DNA of 64,000 nt from Acidobacteriota bacterium (lineage in GTDB: Bacteria; Acidobacteriota; UBA6911): positions 6,304,001 through 6,368,000 of the forward strand of contig OY761556.1 of NCBI GenBank assembly GCA_963664705.1. The letters run 5' to 3'. Below, one piece after another: positions 39,063-49,775 of this stretch (within the stretch, counting starts at the first letter, position 1; every line of letters begins with the position of its first letter). The notes under the pieces are model-generated. The model was not told the origin of the DNA and ran no database searches. It was given only the letters and a program-made list of their open reading frames with translations. Made by a program: the position numbers and the translations under genes.

Positions 39063-41111
39063 ATGGAACTTGACAATCTAGACAATATCGCGGCTTCAGC
39101 GTTCGATGGCTACCTTGTTCGAAAGGATCTTGTACGGCGATATAGCCGGCAATACCCCGTACCTACTTACGTTGTGGAGTTCCTGCTCGGACGATATTGT
39201 GCGACAGTGGATGAACAGGAGATCGAGGAAGGGCTGAAAATCGTCGAGCGACAACTGCAGGACCGCACAGTCCGCACGAGCGAGCAAGAGCTTTTTAAGG
39301 CAAGGGCACGCGAGAAGGGTTCGGTGAAGCTTATCGATATTGTGAAGGCCCGGCTTGACTCAAAGACCGATTCCTTCCTGGTGGAGTTGCCTAGTCTGGG
39401 AATCAAGGACGTGCGGATCGCAGACACACTCGTCCACGAGCATGAGAGAATGCTGACAGACGGTTTCTATGCCGAGGTGACACTAACTTATGATGCGGCC
39501 ATCGCAGAAGAAAAGCATGGTCGACCGTTCGCCCTAGAGAGCCTGCGGGCAATACAACTTTCCAAATCGGATGTTCTTTTGACGCTGATGAAGGGCCGGA
39601 GTCGATTTACTACGAATGAATGGAAGGACTTCCTTGTGCGATCAGTTGGGCTGGAAGCGGCGTCTATGTCAGATCGCGCGAAGATGGTTACCTTGCTGCG
39701 GATGATTCCATTCGTCGAACGGAACTACAATCTGGTTGAACTCGGTCCGCGTGGTACGGGCAAGAGCCACCTCTATCAGCAGATATCACCGTACTCGCAC
39801 CTGATTTCCGGCGGCAAAGCGACTGTCGCGAAGATGTTTGTAAACATGTCCAACGGCCAGCGCGGCCTGGTATGTCTATATGATGTGGTGTGCTTCGACG
39901 AAGTGGCTGGGATTTCCTTCGATCAGAAGGACGGCGTAAACATCCTGAAAGGCTATATGGCGGCTGGCGAGTTCTCTCGCGGCAAGGATAGCATCCGAGC
40001 GTCGGGCGGTATCGTGATGGTGGGTAACTTCGACGTAGATGTTGAGCAGCAGCAGAGGATCGGCCATCTGTTGAGCCCGCTGCCTCCAGAGATGCGAAAT
40101 GATACGGCTTTCATGGACCGCATCCACGCATATGCGCCCGGCTGGGACTTCCCAAAGCTCAAGGCGAGTGATCACCTGACCAACCATTTCGGCCTCGTGA
40201 CCGACTATCTTTCCGAGTGCTGGACCAAACTTCGCGAAGGCACGCGGATTTCAACTTTACAGGGTAGAGCGCACTGGGGCGGTGCGCTCAGTGGCCGGGA
40301 TATCGAGGCAGTGAGTAAGACTGTGAGCGGTCTGATAAAGCTGCTGTTCCCTGACCCGGAAATGCCCATTCCTGACGGGGAACTGGAAGCGATTGTGCGG
40401 ATCGCGCTGGAGGCTCGTCGACGGGTGAAGGAGCAGCAGAAAAGGTGCTTGAAGACGGAGTTCCGCAACACGCATTTCAGTTATTTCATGGGCCTGGACG
40501 GCGTGGAACAGTTTGTTTCGACGCCGGAACTGCACAGCGACGAAGCCATTGAAGCCGATCCACTTCCCCCGGGGCAGGTATGGGCGATTGGCCCGGGGGG
40601 GCTGGACGCTGCCGCGTCACTGTATCGGATCGAAGCAACAAGCGGACCGGGCAGCGGTGTGAAAATTCTCAATATGCCCGTGCCGCCGGCATTCCGCGAA
40701 AGCGTGCGCTATGGCGAACAAAACCTCTATTCGCAATCAAAGGAACTAGTGGGCGACCGCGATCCGCGCAATCATGAGTTTTCGGTACAGCTGCGAGCGA
40801 TGGACGCTGATCGTTCTGGGAATGGCCTCGGATTGCCCGTGTTGGTGGCGTTATGCGGAAGCCTGATGGAGCGCAGTACCAAGGGTGGGTTGATAATCAT
40901 TGGCTCCCTCAATTTGGGTGGCTCAGTGGAGATGATCCCCAATCCCGTTGCTGTTGCCGAACTGGCCGTGGAGAAGGGCGCCGCTCAGATCCTCATGCCT
41001 ATATCGGCGCGAAGGCAACTGCTTGAGTTACCGGATGAGATGGCAACAAAGGTAAACATCGTTTTTTATGCGGATCCTGCAGATGCCTTCATGAAAGCCA
41101 TTCTTGAATGA
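39063..41111 (+). CDS. brxL: BREX Lon-like protein BrxL
   Basis: VPTYVVEFLLG, ELGPRGTGKSH, VCFDEV, AFMDRIH; Lon-like C-terminus. Confidence 0.93.
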   Translation: MELDNLDNIAASAFDGYLVRKDLVRRYSRQYPVPTYVVEFLLGRYCATVDEQEIEEGLKIVERQLQDRTVRTSEQELFKARAREKGSVKLIDIVKARLDSKTDSFLVELPSLGIKDVRIADTLVHEHERMLTDGFYAEVTLTYDAAIAEEKHGRPFALESLRAIQLSKSDVLLTLMKGRSRFTTNEWKDFLVRSVGLEAASMSDRAKMVTLLRMIPFVERNYNLVELGPRGTGKSHLYQQISPYSHLISGGKATVAKMFVNMSNGQRGLVCLYDVVCFDEVAGISFDQKDGVNILKGYMAAGEFSRGKDSIRASGGIVMVGNFDVDVEQQQRIGHLLSPLPPEMRNDTAFMDRIHAYAPGWDFPKLKASDHLTNHFGLVTDYLSECWTKLREGTRISTLQGRAHWGGALSGRDIEAVSKTVSGLIKLLFPDPEMPIPDGELEAIVRIALEARRRVKEQQKRCLKTEFRNTHFSYFMGLDGVEQFVSTPELHSDEAIEADPLPPGQVWAIGPGGLDAAASLYRIEATSGPGSGVKILNMPVPPAFRESVRYGEQNLYSQSKELVGDRDPRNHEFSVQLRAMDADRSGNGLGLPVLVALCGSLMERSTKGGLIIIGSLNLGGSVEMIPNPVAVAELAVEKGAAQILMPISARRQLLELPDEMATKVNIVFYADPADAFMKAILE

Positions 41112-41283
41112 AAACCAAACGAGGCATTATTGTGGAATTTGTGAGGGGCATTGAGTTGGCGATTTATCCATGCAAAAAATTAGCCTAGTGGATGCCAAAA
41201 TTTTGGTGAGATTTGCTTATCAAATGGGATCTGGCCATCACCGCTGATTTCGACCCATACCGTCCCGGAAGGTATTAGGTTTT

Positions 41284-41568
41284 CTACTTGCTCTTGGAGC
41301 CCGGCTTTTTGATTGGCGAAGGTAAATTTACCTCGCTCTTCTTTTCTGGATCATCCAGGCCGTCAACCAGACTGGCCAGTGGGACACAAAAAACCTCGCC
41401 GATGCGGAGTAGTGTTCGAACCGTAATGGGACGCCCCGCTTCAATTTGCTGCCAATGCCGGGCAGAAAATCCAAAGGAGATCATATCTTCCTGCGTGAAG
41501 CCTTTCTGCTTCCGCAAGTCTCGAACTTTCAGCCCCAATCCTCGGAAGAATGCCGCTTGATCTGTCAC
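41284..41568 (-). CDS. XRE-family HTH regulator
   Basis: VRDLRKQKGFTQED...WQQIEAG...TLLRI. Confidence 0.8.
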   Translation of the reverse strand: MTDQAAFFRGLGLKVRDLRKQKGFTQEDMISFGFSARHWQQIEAGRPITVRTLLRIGEVFCVPLASLVDGLDDPEKKSEVNLPSPIKKPGSKSK

Positions 41569-41772
41569 AAGCAGTTTTGTATGCTCACACGAGCAAAATC
41601 ACCACGAGCAGAATAGCTGTTTTCTCGTATCCTTCTTGACGATATGGCTTTTAAGGTTGGCCGCAATAGCTCGCTTTTGATCAACGCGCGCTCTCGGCTA
41701 CCGGAATTTTCTAGTGGGGGAGTTCGAGTTTGGGCTAGGGCTGCTGCCTCAGGCCGAACCCAGTACCTTGGA

Positions 41773-42144
41773 ATGAAAGATATTATTGCCAAATATATTG
41801 AGCTGGGCTATCCATCCGATCCGATCCAGGCGACCGCCCTTCGCATGCTTCTTCAAGTATATGACCAAGCCGTTGATCGTCACTATCCGCTCCTGGAATT
41901 GATAGTAAAGAGCCTGGTGGACGAGGGGGGAGCCCTGAAACCTTTCCCGGGGATGGATCTGGATCAGGAGAACCTGAACCAGTTCCTCCAACTAATGTTC
42001 GAGGACCCGGAGAGGATGCAGGTGAAACTCCTGCAGATAATGGAGGCCGAGGGGAATCCAGTCCCACAGGACCATAAGGATCTTCCGGATTGGGCGGAGG
42101 ACTTGGTGCTTCTACTACTAGAAGCCCGGGGAGACATTCGCTGA
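41773..42144 (+). CDS. Hypothetical acidic protein
   Basis: Open frame MKDIIAKY...; no motif recognised; start uncertain. Confidence 0.5.
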   Translation: MKDIIAKYIELGYPSDPIQATALRMLLQVYDQAVDRHYPLLELIVKSLVDEGGALKPFPGMDLDQENLNQFLQLMFEDPERMQVKLLQIMEAEGNPVPQDHKDLPDWAEDLVLLLLEARGDIR

Positions 42145-42549
42145 GATGAGTCTGCCTGGTCAGGCGCAAACAAAAACTGCCACGAAGATCTGAGAATGCT
42201 GTTTAAGGAATGATAAGGGATTATACCGGTACAAAATTATGTGCTTCTGAATTACCCTCTCGCTGCGCTGCTTTCCTAAAAAGAGATATTTCTGCTTCCC
42301 GCAGAAATATCTATATGTCTTTTGGAGTAATATATTAAGATTTCGCACCTGAGGCAAAAAGACATCCAAATATCCTCGGCCGATTCGCCGATCGCATTAT
42401 TGCTCATGTAAGGCGCGCTCTGTTCTGGAGTATCTTCCAGAACAGAGCCAAAATACGCGTCTTCTGACAATCGCCAAACCTGGGTAAGACATCTGGCGAC
42501 TAAGCTCCTGGAAACAAACCTGAATGCCAGGGATTAAGTGGGAGAAGAA

Positions 42550-44967
42550 ATGAACTCTAAACCTGAAGGCGCCGGAGCCCGAGCCAGTTGGTTTGTCGGC
42601 GCATCCTATGGCGGAACAGATGATCAAACACCCAAATTTCTCAAGGAAGGCATATGGGTGAATGGCTGCAAAGATAAATACCTGGAGGCAGTTAAATCGA
42701 TCCAACCCGGCGATCGCATTGCCATCAAATCATCCTACACGCGCAAACGCAACCTTCCTTTTGACAGCCGGGGCCAGACTGTTTCTGTAATGGCGATCAA
42801 AGCAATTGGAACAGTGAAGGAAAACCTTGTTGATGGTCATAATTTGAAAGTTGACTGGAAACAGGTCGACCCGCCTCGCGAATGGTACTTCTACACAAAT
42901 AGAAATACTGTTTGGCGGGTTTTGCCCGGCGATTGGACCACGGATGCGCTGATTGCGTTTACTTTCGAAGAAAAGACTCAAGATATTAGCCGATTTCGAA
43001 ACGCACCGTATTGGCGCGAACGATTCGGCGACGGAGCCGTAGACAAGCGGCGGTTTGGGTGGACAAGGTTCTATGAGGCTGTAGCCGATAAGCTACTTAC
43101 ATTCAGAAATAAGAGAGAAAAACTCGTAAAGGGTATTCATGAAATCGCGTCAAAAGTGAATGGTTTCTCAATTCTTAATGATCAATTTAAAGATGGGACA
43201 ATCGGTCCGATGAAGGACATATGCCCATTTACAGTTATGGGAATATTTAATCGAGGAATTACGGAGGTCAATCGGAAGAATATTGCTTCTGAACTGGCCG
43301 GAATCTTGGGTGTTTCCGAAGCGGTTCCGGATTCTTTTAAGGGTATACCCATCCTCAATAATCAGAGATCGTGGTTCTTTGGTTATGAGAAAAGGCGGCA
43401 GCCTGACGATATCGATACTCTTTGGGAAATCTTTTCCCAAGCGATCGCATTTGCCGAATCAGACAATCCGGAGGCTAGATCCTCTTTTATTGCAGCATAC
43501 GATAATGCTGCTCAGCGATATGGAGTTGGATGGAACCTCACAATGGGACTTTATTGGATTCGTCCCTGGGATTTCCCAACCCTGGAAAGCCAATCTCAGC
43601 GATACATTACCAAGAAGCTAAATATCCCGATCGCTTTGAATGGGCCCAAAGGACGCTGCAATGCGAGTGATTATTTGTCCGTCCTCGATACTCTTGAAGC
43701 CCGGTTCCAGGAAGAAGCCTACCCAGTACATTCATTCCCGGAATTGTCATATGCGGCATGGGGATTCAATCCCACGTCTGATGATGATTCGCACGGCAAG
43801 TGGAGCCGGAGCATACAGGGAAAAATCAGGGCTCTTTGCTCCGACAAGCAATCTTCTGAATTTACTCGTCAGGAGTTCCTCGAACGATTTTTGTCCGGAT
43901 TAGAGGACGAGTTTCCCAATAACAATACTATTGAAGCGACGATCAATCGCCAGTTCCAGATTTTGCGAGATGAAGATTTACTCGAATTTCTCGCCAGCGG
44001 CAGCTATAGGTGGTTAGGTTCTGAACTGGAAGATGGAGATAACGGACCTGAACCCCCAGTACCGCCAGTCGCCTACATTGAATCCTATTCGGTTGATAAT
44101 ATCCTGGCAGAGGGCTGTTTCATCGCTCAATCAAAACTGGAGAAAATTCTCGAACGTCTGCGCACAAAGAAGAACCTGATCCTTCAGGGGCCGCCGGGGA
44201 CCGGCAAGACGTGGCTGGCAAAACGATTGGCCTTTGCCCTGATAGGACAGCGCGATGACAGCAAAGTTCGCGCAGTTCAGTTCCATCCAAATCTCTCTTA
44301 TGAAGACTTTGTTCGCGGATGGCGTCCCGCCGGCGATGGCAGGCTTGCATTGACGGATGGACCATTTGTGGAGATGATCGAAGCAGCCGCGAAAGAGCCT
44401 ACAGCCAGGCATGTTGTAGTCATCGAGGAGATTAATCGGGGGAACCCAGCGCAGATTTTCGGAGAAATGTTAACGCTGCTTGAGGCTGATAAAAGAACGC
44501 CCAATGAAGCGCTAGAGCTTTCCTATAAGAGGTCTAAAGACGAGCGCAAGTTTATCCCCGATAATCTTTACGTAATCGGGACCATGAATATTGCTGATCG
44601 TTCATTAGCATTAGTTGACCTGGCCTTGCGCCGGCGATTCGCCTTCATTGATCTCGAACCCACACTCGGCAAACCCTGGCACGATTGGGTAAATTCCCAG
44701 TGCGGAATAGATTCTGAAATCCTTGTTGAGATCGAAAAACGGCTCAACTTTTTAAACGCTCTAATCTCTGCCGATACTAGTCTCGGCTCACAATTTCGCG
44801 TGGGGCACAGTTATGTTACACCTCCGTTCGGAATTCCAATCAGCGATGCCCGCGAGTGGTTTCGGCAGGTTGTGGATACAGAGATCGGACCTCTTCTCGA
44901 TGAATACTGGTTCGATGCCCGTGAGAAATCGCAGAAAGCCCGGGAACGCCTGCTGGAGGGATTTTGA
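42550..44967 (+). CDS. mcrB: McrB-family GTPase with PUA/EVE-like N-terminus and internal DpnI-like winged helix
   Basis: GPPGTGKT, QFHPNLSYEDFV, IEEINRGN, GTMNIADRS, ALRRRF. Confidence 0.92.
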   Translation: MNSKPEGAGARASWFVGASYGGTDDQTPKFLKEGIWVNGCKDKYLEAVKSIQPGDRIAIKSSYTRKRNLPFDSRGQTVSVMAIKAIGTVKENLVDGHNLKVDWKQVDPPREWYFYTNRNTVWRVLPGDWTTDALIAFTFEEKTQDISRFRNAPYWRERFGDGAVDKRRFGWTRFYEAVADKLLTFRNKREKLVKGIHEIASKVNGFSILNDQFKDGTIGPMKDICPFTVMGIFNRGITEVNRKNIASELAGILGVSEAVPDSFKGIPILNNQRSWFFGYEKRRQPDDIDTLWEIFSQAIAFAESDNPEARSSFIAAYDNAAQRYGVGWNLTMGLYWIRPWDFPTLESQSQRYITKKLNIPIALNGPKGRCNASDYLSVLDTLEARFQEEAYPVHSFPELSYAAWGFNPTSDDDSHGKWSRSIQGKIRALCSDKQSSEFTRQEFLERFLSGLEDEFPNNNTIEATINRQFQILRDEDLLEFLASGSYRWLGSELEDGDNGPEPPVPPVAYIESYSVDNILAEGCFIAQSKLEKILERLRTKKNLILQGPPGTGKTWLAKRLAFALIGQRDDSKVRAVQFHPNLSYEDFVRGWRPAGDGRLALTDGPFVEMIEAAAKEPTARHVVVIEEINRGNPAQIFGEMLTLLEADKRTPNEALELSYKRSKDERKFIPDNLYVIGTMNIADRSLALVDLALRRRFAFIDLEPTLGKPWHDWVNSQCGIDSEILVEIEKRLNFLNALISADTSLGSQFRVGHSYVTPPFGIPISDAREWFRQVVDTEIGPLLDEYWFDAREKSQKARERLLEGF

Positions 44968-46136
44968 TTGTGTCGGCCGCGGCAACCGATGTCATTGCAG
45001 ATGCTGACAAAGAGCCTGGCCGGATTGGCCGTATCCCTGTACGCAATCTATGGCTGCTCATGCTTTACGCCTCGGACCTCTTTCGGGATGTTTCCCGGGC
45101 AAAAACCTCCGTTGAAGATAACCCGGATGACATTCCAGATTTAATTGCTGAAATTCTATCTCGGCAGGTTGAACTCCGCATAAAAAAGAACCTGAGTTTT
45201 GGATACCAGACGCGCAACGCAATTCTAGGGCGGATTCGCGGACGCATAGACTTTTTATATACAGAACGGCATCAGCTACTTAATCGCGGAAAGGTGGCCT
45301 GCCGTTTTGACGAATTGACCATCGATACTCCCCGAAATCGTTTCGTCCGAGCCGCACTTGAAGAAATTTCCAAAATTGTGGGCCGCAAGGAGCTTGCCCA
45401 TCGATGTCGATCTCTTGCTGCTAGCTTAAAGCATATGGGTGTTTCAGGAGAAAGACCTAATCGGATGGAGGTTTCACTTAATCGGTTCGGCAGGCATGAT
45501 TCTGCTGATCAGCAAATGGTAACTGCCGCGCACCTTGCTTTCGAGCTGGCTCTACCAACCGAATCTGCCGGCAATAGACATCTACTCTCACCTGATCGAG
45601 AAATTACTTGGATCCGTAAATTATACGAGAAAGGTATTGCCGGTTTTTATGATGTGGTGCTTTCAGGAGAAGGCTGGCGCGTTGACGCCGGAAAGACCAT
45701 CGGATGGCCCATAGCGAGCAAAAGTTCGGGTATCGATAAAATCCTTCCGTCTATGAGAACTGATATTGTGTTGGACCATGCAAGCACAGGCCGCCGGATT
45801 GTTATCGATACGAAGTTCAATTCGATTGTTACCCGCGGGTGGTACCGAGAGGAGACATTACGTAGTGGGTATGTCTATCAGATCTACGCCTATTTGCGGT
45901 CTCAGGAAGGGAATGGAGACCCCCTCTCAGATAAAGCTTCTGGTTTGCTCCTTCACCCCTCCGTAGGAGATATGGTTGATGAATCCGTTGTAATTCAGAA
46001 TCATGAGATCAGATTCGCCACCGTTGATCTTGGCGCAGATGCGAAAGAAATCAGATCACAACTTTTGGAAATTGTTGGGTCTCACATGCGGACTAGCTCT
46101 GCCTCTGCCCTGACCTTGGCGGAGGTCGGAGCATAA
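44964..46136 (+). CDS. mcrC: McrC nuclease subunit
   Basis: IPVRNLWLLMLYA, IRGRID, MRTDIVL..IDTKF, YQIYAYL. Confidence 0.92.
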   Translation: MIVSAAATDVIADADKEPGRIGRIPVRNLWLLMLYASDLFRDVSRAKTSVEDNPDDIPDLIAEILSRQVELRIKKNLSFGYQTRNAILGRIRGRIDFLYTERHQLLNRGKVACRFDELTIDTPRNRFVRAALEEISKIVGRKELAHRCRSLAASLKHMGVSGERPNRMEVSLNRFGRHDSADQQMVTAAHLAFELALPTESAGNRHLLSPDREITWIRKLYEKGIAGFYDVVLSGEGWRVDAGKTIGWPIASKSSGIDKILPSMRTDIVLDHASTGRRIVIDTKFNSIVTRGWYREETLRSGYVYQIYAYLRSQEGNGDPLSDKASGLLLHPSVGDMVDESVVIQNHEIRFATVDLGADAKEIRSQLLEIVGSHMRTSSASALTLAEVGA

Positions 46137-46295
46137 AACCGGTCTTGAAATGGCGATTTGGATTCGAATCGCTGGTTTCCAAATTATCGCACGTAACAAA
46201 TGACCATTTTTGATATTGGTGCATCCTGGAATATACCAGGGGCTGATTCTCCTAATACTCAAAGGTAGAAAACGGCAGGGACGCTATTACTCTTT

Positions 46296-47792
46296 CTATA
46301 TGTAAAACTTAAAATTCGGCCGGTAGTCCTTGATAGACTGATTGGAGATTAGTATTTCGCCAACCGCATCGGAGAACTTAATCGTGACCGGCTTACTCTC
46401 TCCCAGGCGGCACGCATTATAGTTGAGCTTAGTAAGACCCAAAATATCCTCGGCCACACATCCAATCGATGAATTCCCGTGCTGGATGTCGATTTTAAGT
46501 GGAACTGGTGTTTCCCAGCCGTCATAAGTTCCAATCCGGTCCTTGAACCCGGACCCATAGAGGTAGCCACATCTTTCATTCACCTGCCAGAATGTGCCCC
46601 GCAGAACAGGCATGCGTCCTGTTCGATATAGCCGAGGCCCGAATCGATCTGTTCGAACTCGAATCCCAACCAGGGTGCAATCGTTTGGACATGCAGCTTG
46701 GTAGCCCCTGAATTCTTCATCACTTATTTCGGATCGAGAGTGGAGGAAGATTTCCCTCAGCGGGCGCCCGTCCAAACTCCTATAGGTATTGAGTATGCCA
46801 TTAAGAAGTCGAGTTGCTGAGTTTCTGGAAAGATGGAATTGTCGGTCTTTCTCTGAGTACCATGGCCTATCATCAGCCAAGAAAACAATGCCATCCCCGG
46901 AGTCGATGAACATCTGTGCTGCGCAACATGCGCTTCCCTTGCTTTCTTCGGTCCGTCGAAAAGCCAAACCAACGTAGCACACACCATCCCGACCATTATG
47001 TAAACGCCAAGGCTTTCCACCACATTTGTAATAGAGAGCTGTGCTTACATTCCACATACGATCTGAAACAGGAGTCAACCCTCGACTCCCAAAAGGGTTT
47101 TCATCTGAAAGCCTGAGGGTAGATTCACGGAAAATCTGGAGCGGAATGTTGTCTTGCATTGCGCGGGCTTTGATCTGGCGTCGGAAATCAGGAGAAAGCT
47201 GGTATTGTTCTGGATCATAATCTTCGAATAAATTGAATTGACCGCCTTTCCGAAGTTTTTTTTCTGTTCTAGACAACCGGTCGCCGATGGGGCGGGTTAC
47301 ATTCGATTTGGGACGACAATTAGCCCACACTTCATCCGGAACGATACAGATTGCAACCCCAATGGGGCTGTCAACCTTGCGCATCTGCCTAAAACCCTCA
47401 ACAAACATTTCCACAACGGAGAAGCAACGCTCGTGTGGATCCCGCTTTTGGGAAGATTCGAGAAGTAGCTCGCGGTCTATTTCATGTGCCCATAGTGGTT
47501 TTGTAGACCATTTATCGCCGAAGGCTGCATCAAATCCTGGGAAGGGTGGCCAAAGTCGATGCTTAGCGGAATCGGCAACATACCATGGCTCATTCATTGC
47601 CTCTGCCCACTGGCGTACTAAGCTAATTCCGGTTGCACTACCAAGAACAACATACCCGGGTGACTTTGGATGAGATGGAGCGTCAATGCTATGAGGACCA
47701 AAAAGCGTTAAGCCATCGTGGGGATCCGCTGCGCTCTGTCCTCGACCGAATTGAAGCGGGGGTTCCTCAAATAATAATACGTTTTCACTCAC
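46296..47792 (-). CDS. Short prokaryotic Argonaute (MID-PIWI)
   Basis: DPHDGLTLFGP, DFRRQIKA, YYKCGGKPWRL, CYVGLAF, CCAAQMF, LTKLNYNAC, PVTIKFSDAVGEIL, FKFYI; GTG start overlaps the partner stop. Confidence 0.93.
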   Translation of the reverse strand: MSENVLLFEEPPLQFGRGQSAADPHDGLTLFGPHSIDAPSHPKSPGYVVLGSATGISLVRQWAEAMNEPWYVADSAKHRLWPPFPGFDAAFGDKWSTKPLWAHEIDRELLLESSQKRDPHERCFSVVEMFVEGFRQMRKVDSPIGVAICIVPDEVWANCRPKSNVTRPIGDRLSRTEKKLRKGGQFNLFEDYDPEQYQLSPDFRRQIKARAMQDNIPLQIFRESTLRLSDENPFGSRGLTPVSDRMWNVSTALYYKCGGKPWRLHNGRDGVCYVGLAFRRTEESKGSACCAAQMFIDSGDGIVFLADDRPWYSEKDRQFHLSRNSATRLLNGILNTYRSLDGRPLREIFLHSRSEISDEEFRGYQAACPNDCTLVGIRVRTDRFGPRLYRTGRMPVLRGTFWQVNERCGYLYGSGFKDRIGTYDGWETPVPLKIDIQHGNSSIGCVAEDILGLTKLNYNACRLGESKPVTIKFSDAVGEILISNQSIKDYRPNFKFYI

Positions 47793-49611
47793 TGATATCG
47801 TCCCCTTCAAGCGATTCATCTGGGTCGGCGCCTAGGATCATTGCCTCTTCGCGTATTTTGTCGGGACTAAAAAGAGACGCCTCATCGATTCCAAGACAAG
47901 TGGACCACTCATCAGGATTGCAGTTAATTTTGAGCAAATCGGATTCAGTATGTCCCATGCAAATGGAAATTCCATCTTCTGACAGAAACTGTGCTATGGC
48001 CAAGACTCTGGAAAGCCAATCGTCATTCCACCAACCGCGGCAGAGGTCTTTTCTACGTGTCTTTGCAGAATTGTCTGTCAGCAAACCATTATTTTCATCA
48101 GTGATTCGGATATAGATCCTTGCCAGTATATAGACACTGTTCGTGCATGGATCTCCAGATGCTCTCAAATAAGGCGCCAGACTATACCGGTATTTTGATG
48201 ATCCTGTCGGCCGCCAGAAAGTCCTGATCCCCGTAGTATTAATAAATGACTTAGCTCCATCCGGTTTCTTGAAATAAAGCCGATTTGATTTCGGAAGTCC
48301 CTCCGGAAAAAACAAATGGTGCTTCATCGGGCAATACAAGAGCCCCTTTTTGGCGAGATGGACCCGTATGGATTTTGTTATCAACTCAAGAACGAGATGA
48401 TCACAAGGAATACCTTCAAAGTTTGCGAAATCCATCCAAGATTTGGCGCCTGCCCATTTTAAGCTGCGCATTCGAGGAGAAGTTGCAGGAGGAGGTTGGA
48501 AACTTACAAAACTCGTAGGACTTATGCGCCGGAAAGCCCATTTCGAAGCCAGTTCTCCTATGTCACGGTAATCGATAGGGGTATCGCACCTGAACATCTG
48601 TAGGGCTGCCGGAATTCGGGTAACTCTGAGGCGATTTGAGATAATCCGCTCAGAACTCTCCACAATTCTAGATTCCGGAAGAAAAGCGCTGATAGCGAAA
48701 TTTGGCAAAGGTCCAGTCCGAGGGCATCTGGCTTCTACCAAAGATTTCAATAGCTCTTTAATGCCGTCGCCCCAGCTTTTCTGGAATGGGATAGCACGGA
48801 TTTCGCGCGTCTTAGAGTCCAACCCTTGGCCATTGAAGCTCGATGCTACGATTGGGATCATCAATTCGCAACGCGCCGATCCTTTTAAAGTGTGAATTGT
48901 CGCACGTCGAGCGTTCATGTCTGGATTAGCAATTGCCCCAGGCGACAGCATGGGAAGGTATGCGAAGGCCCTATTTGCAATAAGATCTTCTAAAGCGTTA
49001 TCGACTCTTAATCCCGCAGTGGCAGCCGTGCTCTGGCTCCAAACGTCATACCCTTCCAATGTGAGCCGGCCTACCAGCCATTTGGCAAGAACTTTATCCT
49101 CGTCAGAATGGTCCAATATAATCATGTCCCTGGGGGACAGCGGCGCGTCTCCCGCAACGGGGAAAAAGGGTGGTGTGAAAATCTGCGGGTGATGCGCAAT
49201 GAGTTGTGCGCAAGTGGTCGCCAGCATGGTTCGCAGTCTCTCAAGACCATAGAGTTCCAGTTTCCATCCGTATTTTGCTTTTATTGACTCTATCGCAGAG
49301 TCCCTCTCATGAGCCGAGAGGGATGATGTGGATAGAAACACCAATCTGTCACAAGCGTGCTCATGGGTACGAATTTTTTCGGCATCCTCAGAGAGCTTCT
49401 TTTTCCAATCCTCCCGGACGCTGTACGCGAAAATCGTGACTTCTCCCGATGGTTTGCTTATGTGTATAGCGTCCCGACCTTTATCATTGCGGCCACCTAA
49501 GGGCTCAACGGCAGGATACCCATGCAGGGCCATCAGGTCATGGCATAGCCGCTCAAACTGATCGTAGTCAGTCAGCTTTTCAAGGCAATAGACAATTGCA
49601 TCAGCACCCAT
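47785..49611 (-). CDS. Argonaute partner: Mrr-like nuclease + degenerate TIR + APAZ
   Basis: FERLCHDL...DKGRDA; LAKWLVGRLTLEGYDVW...W.DG...LL..L; RRKDLCRGWWNDDW APAZ motif. Confidence 0.85.
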   Translation of the reverse strand: MGADAIVYCLEKLTDYDQFERLCHDLMALHGYPAVEPLGGRNDKGRDAIHISKPSGEVTIFAYSVREDWKKKLSEDAEKIRTHEHACDRLVFLSTSSLSAHERDSAIESIKAKYGWKLELYGLERLRTMLATTCAQLIAHHPQIFTPPFFPVAGDAPLSPRDMIILDHSDEDKVLAKWLVGRLTLEGYDVWSQSTAATAGLRVDNALEDLIANRAFAYLPMLSPGAIANPDMNARRATIHTLKGSARCELMIPIVASSFNGQGLDSKTREIRAIPFQKSWGDGIKELLKSLVEARCPRTGPLPNFAISAFLPESRIVESSERIISNRLRVTRIPAALQMFRCDTPIDYRDIGELASKWAFRRISPTSFVSFQPPPATSPRMRSLKWAGAKSWMDFANFEGIPCDHLVLELITKSIRVHLAKKGLLYCPMKHHLFFPEGLPKSNRLYFKKPDGAKSFINTTGIRTFWRPTGSSKYRYSLAPYLRASGDPCTNSVYILARIYIRITDENNGLLTDNSAKTRRKDLCRGWWNDDWLSRVLAIAQFLSEDGISICMGHTESDLLKINCNPDEWSTCLGIDEASLFSPDKIREEAMILGADPDESLEGDDISE

Positions 49612-49775
49612 ACGCAACTCAAGGTATTCGGAGATTTAACAAAATTTGTGCTTGCGCGAATGGTTATATCAGATTTGATATTAATTCCCTATTGCCTTAT
49701 GGTCTATACCAATTGTCATGATTCTTTGCAATGACAAATCAGCTACACATTATAAAAGACGAGCTGCGTTCGTGA

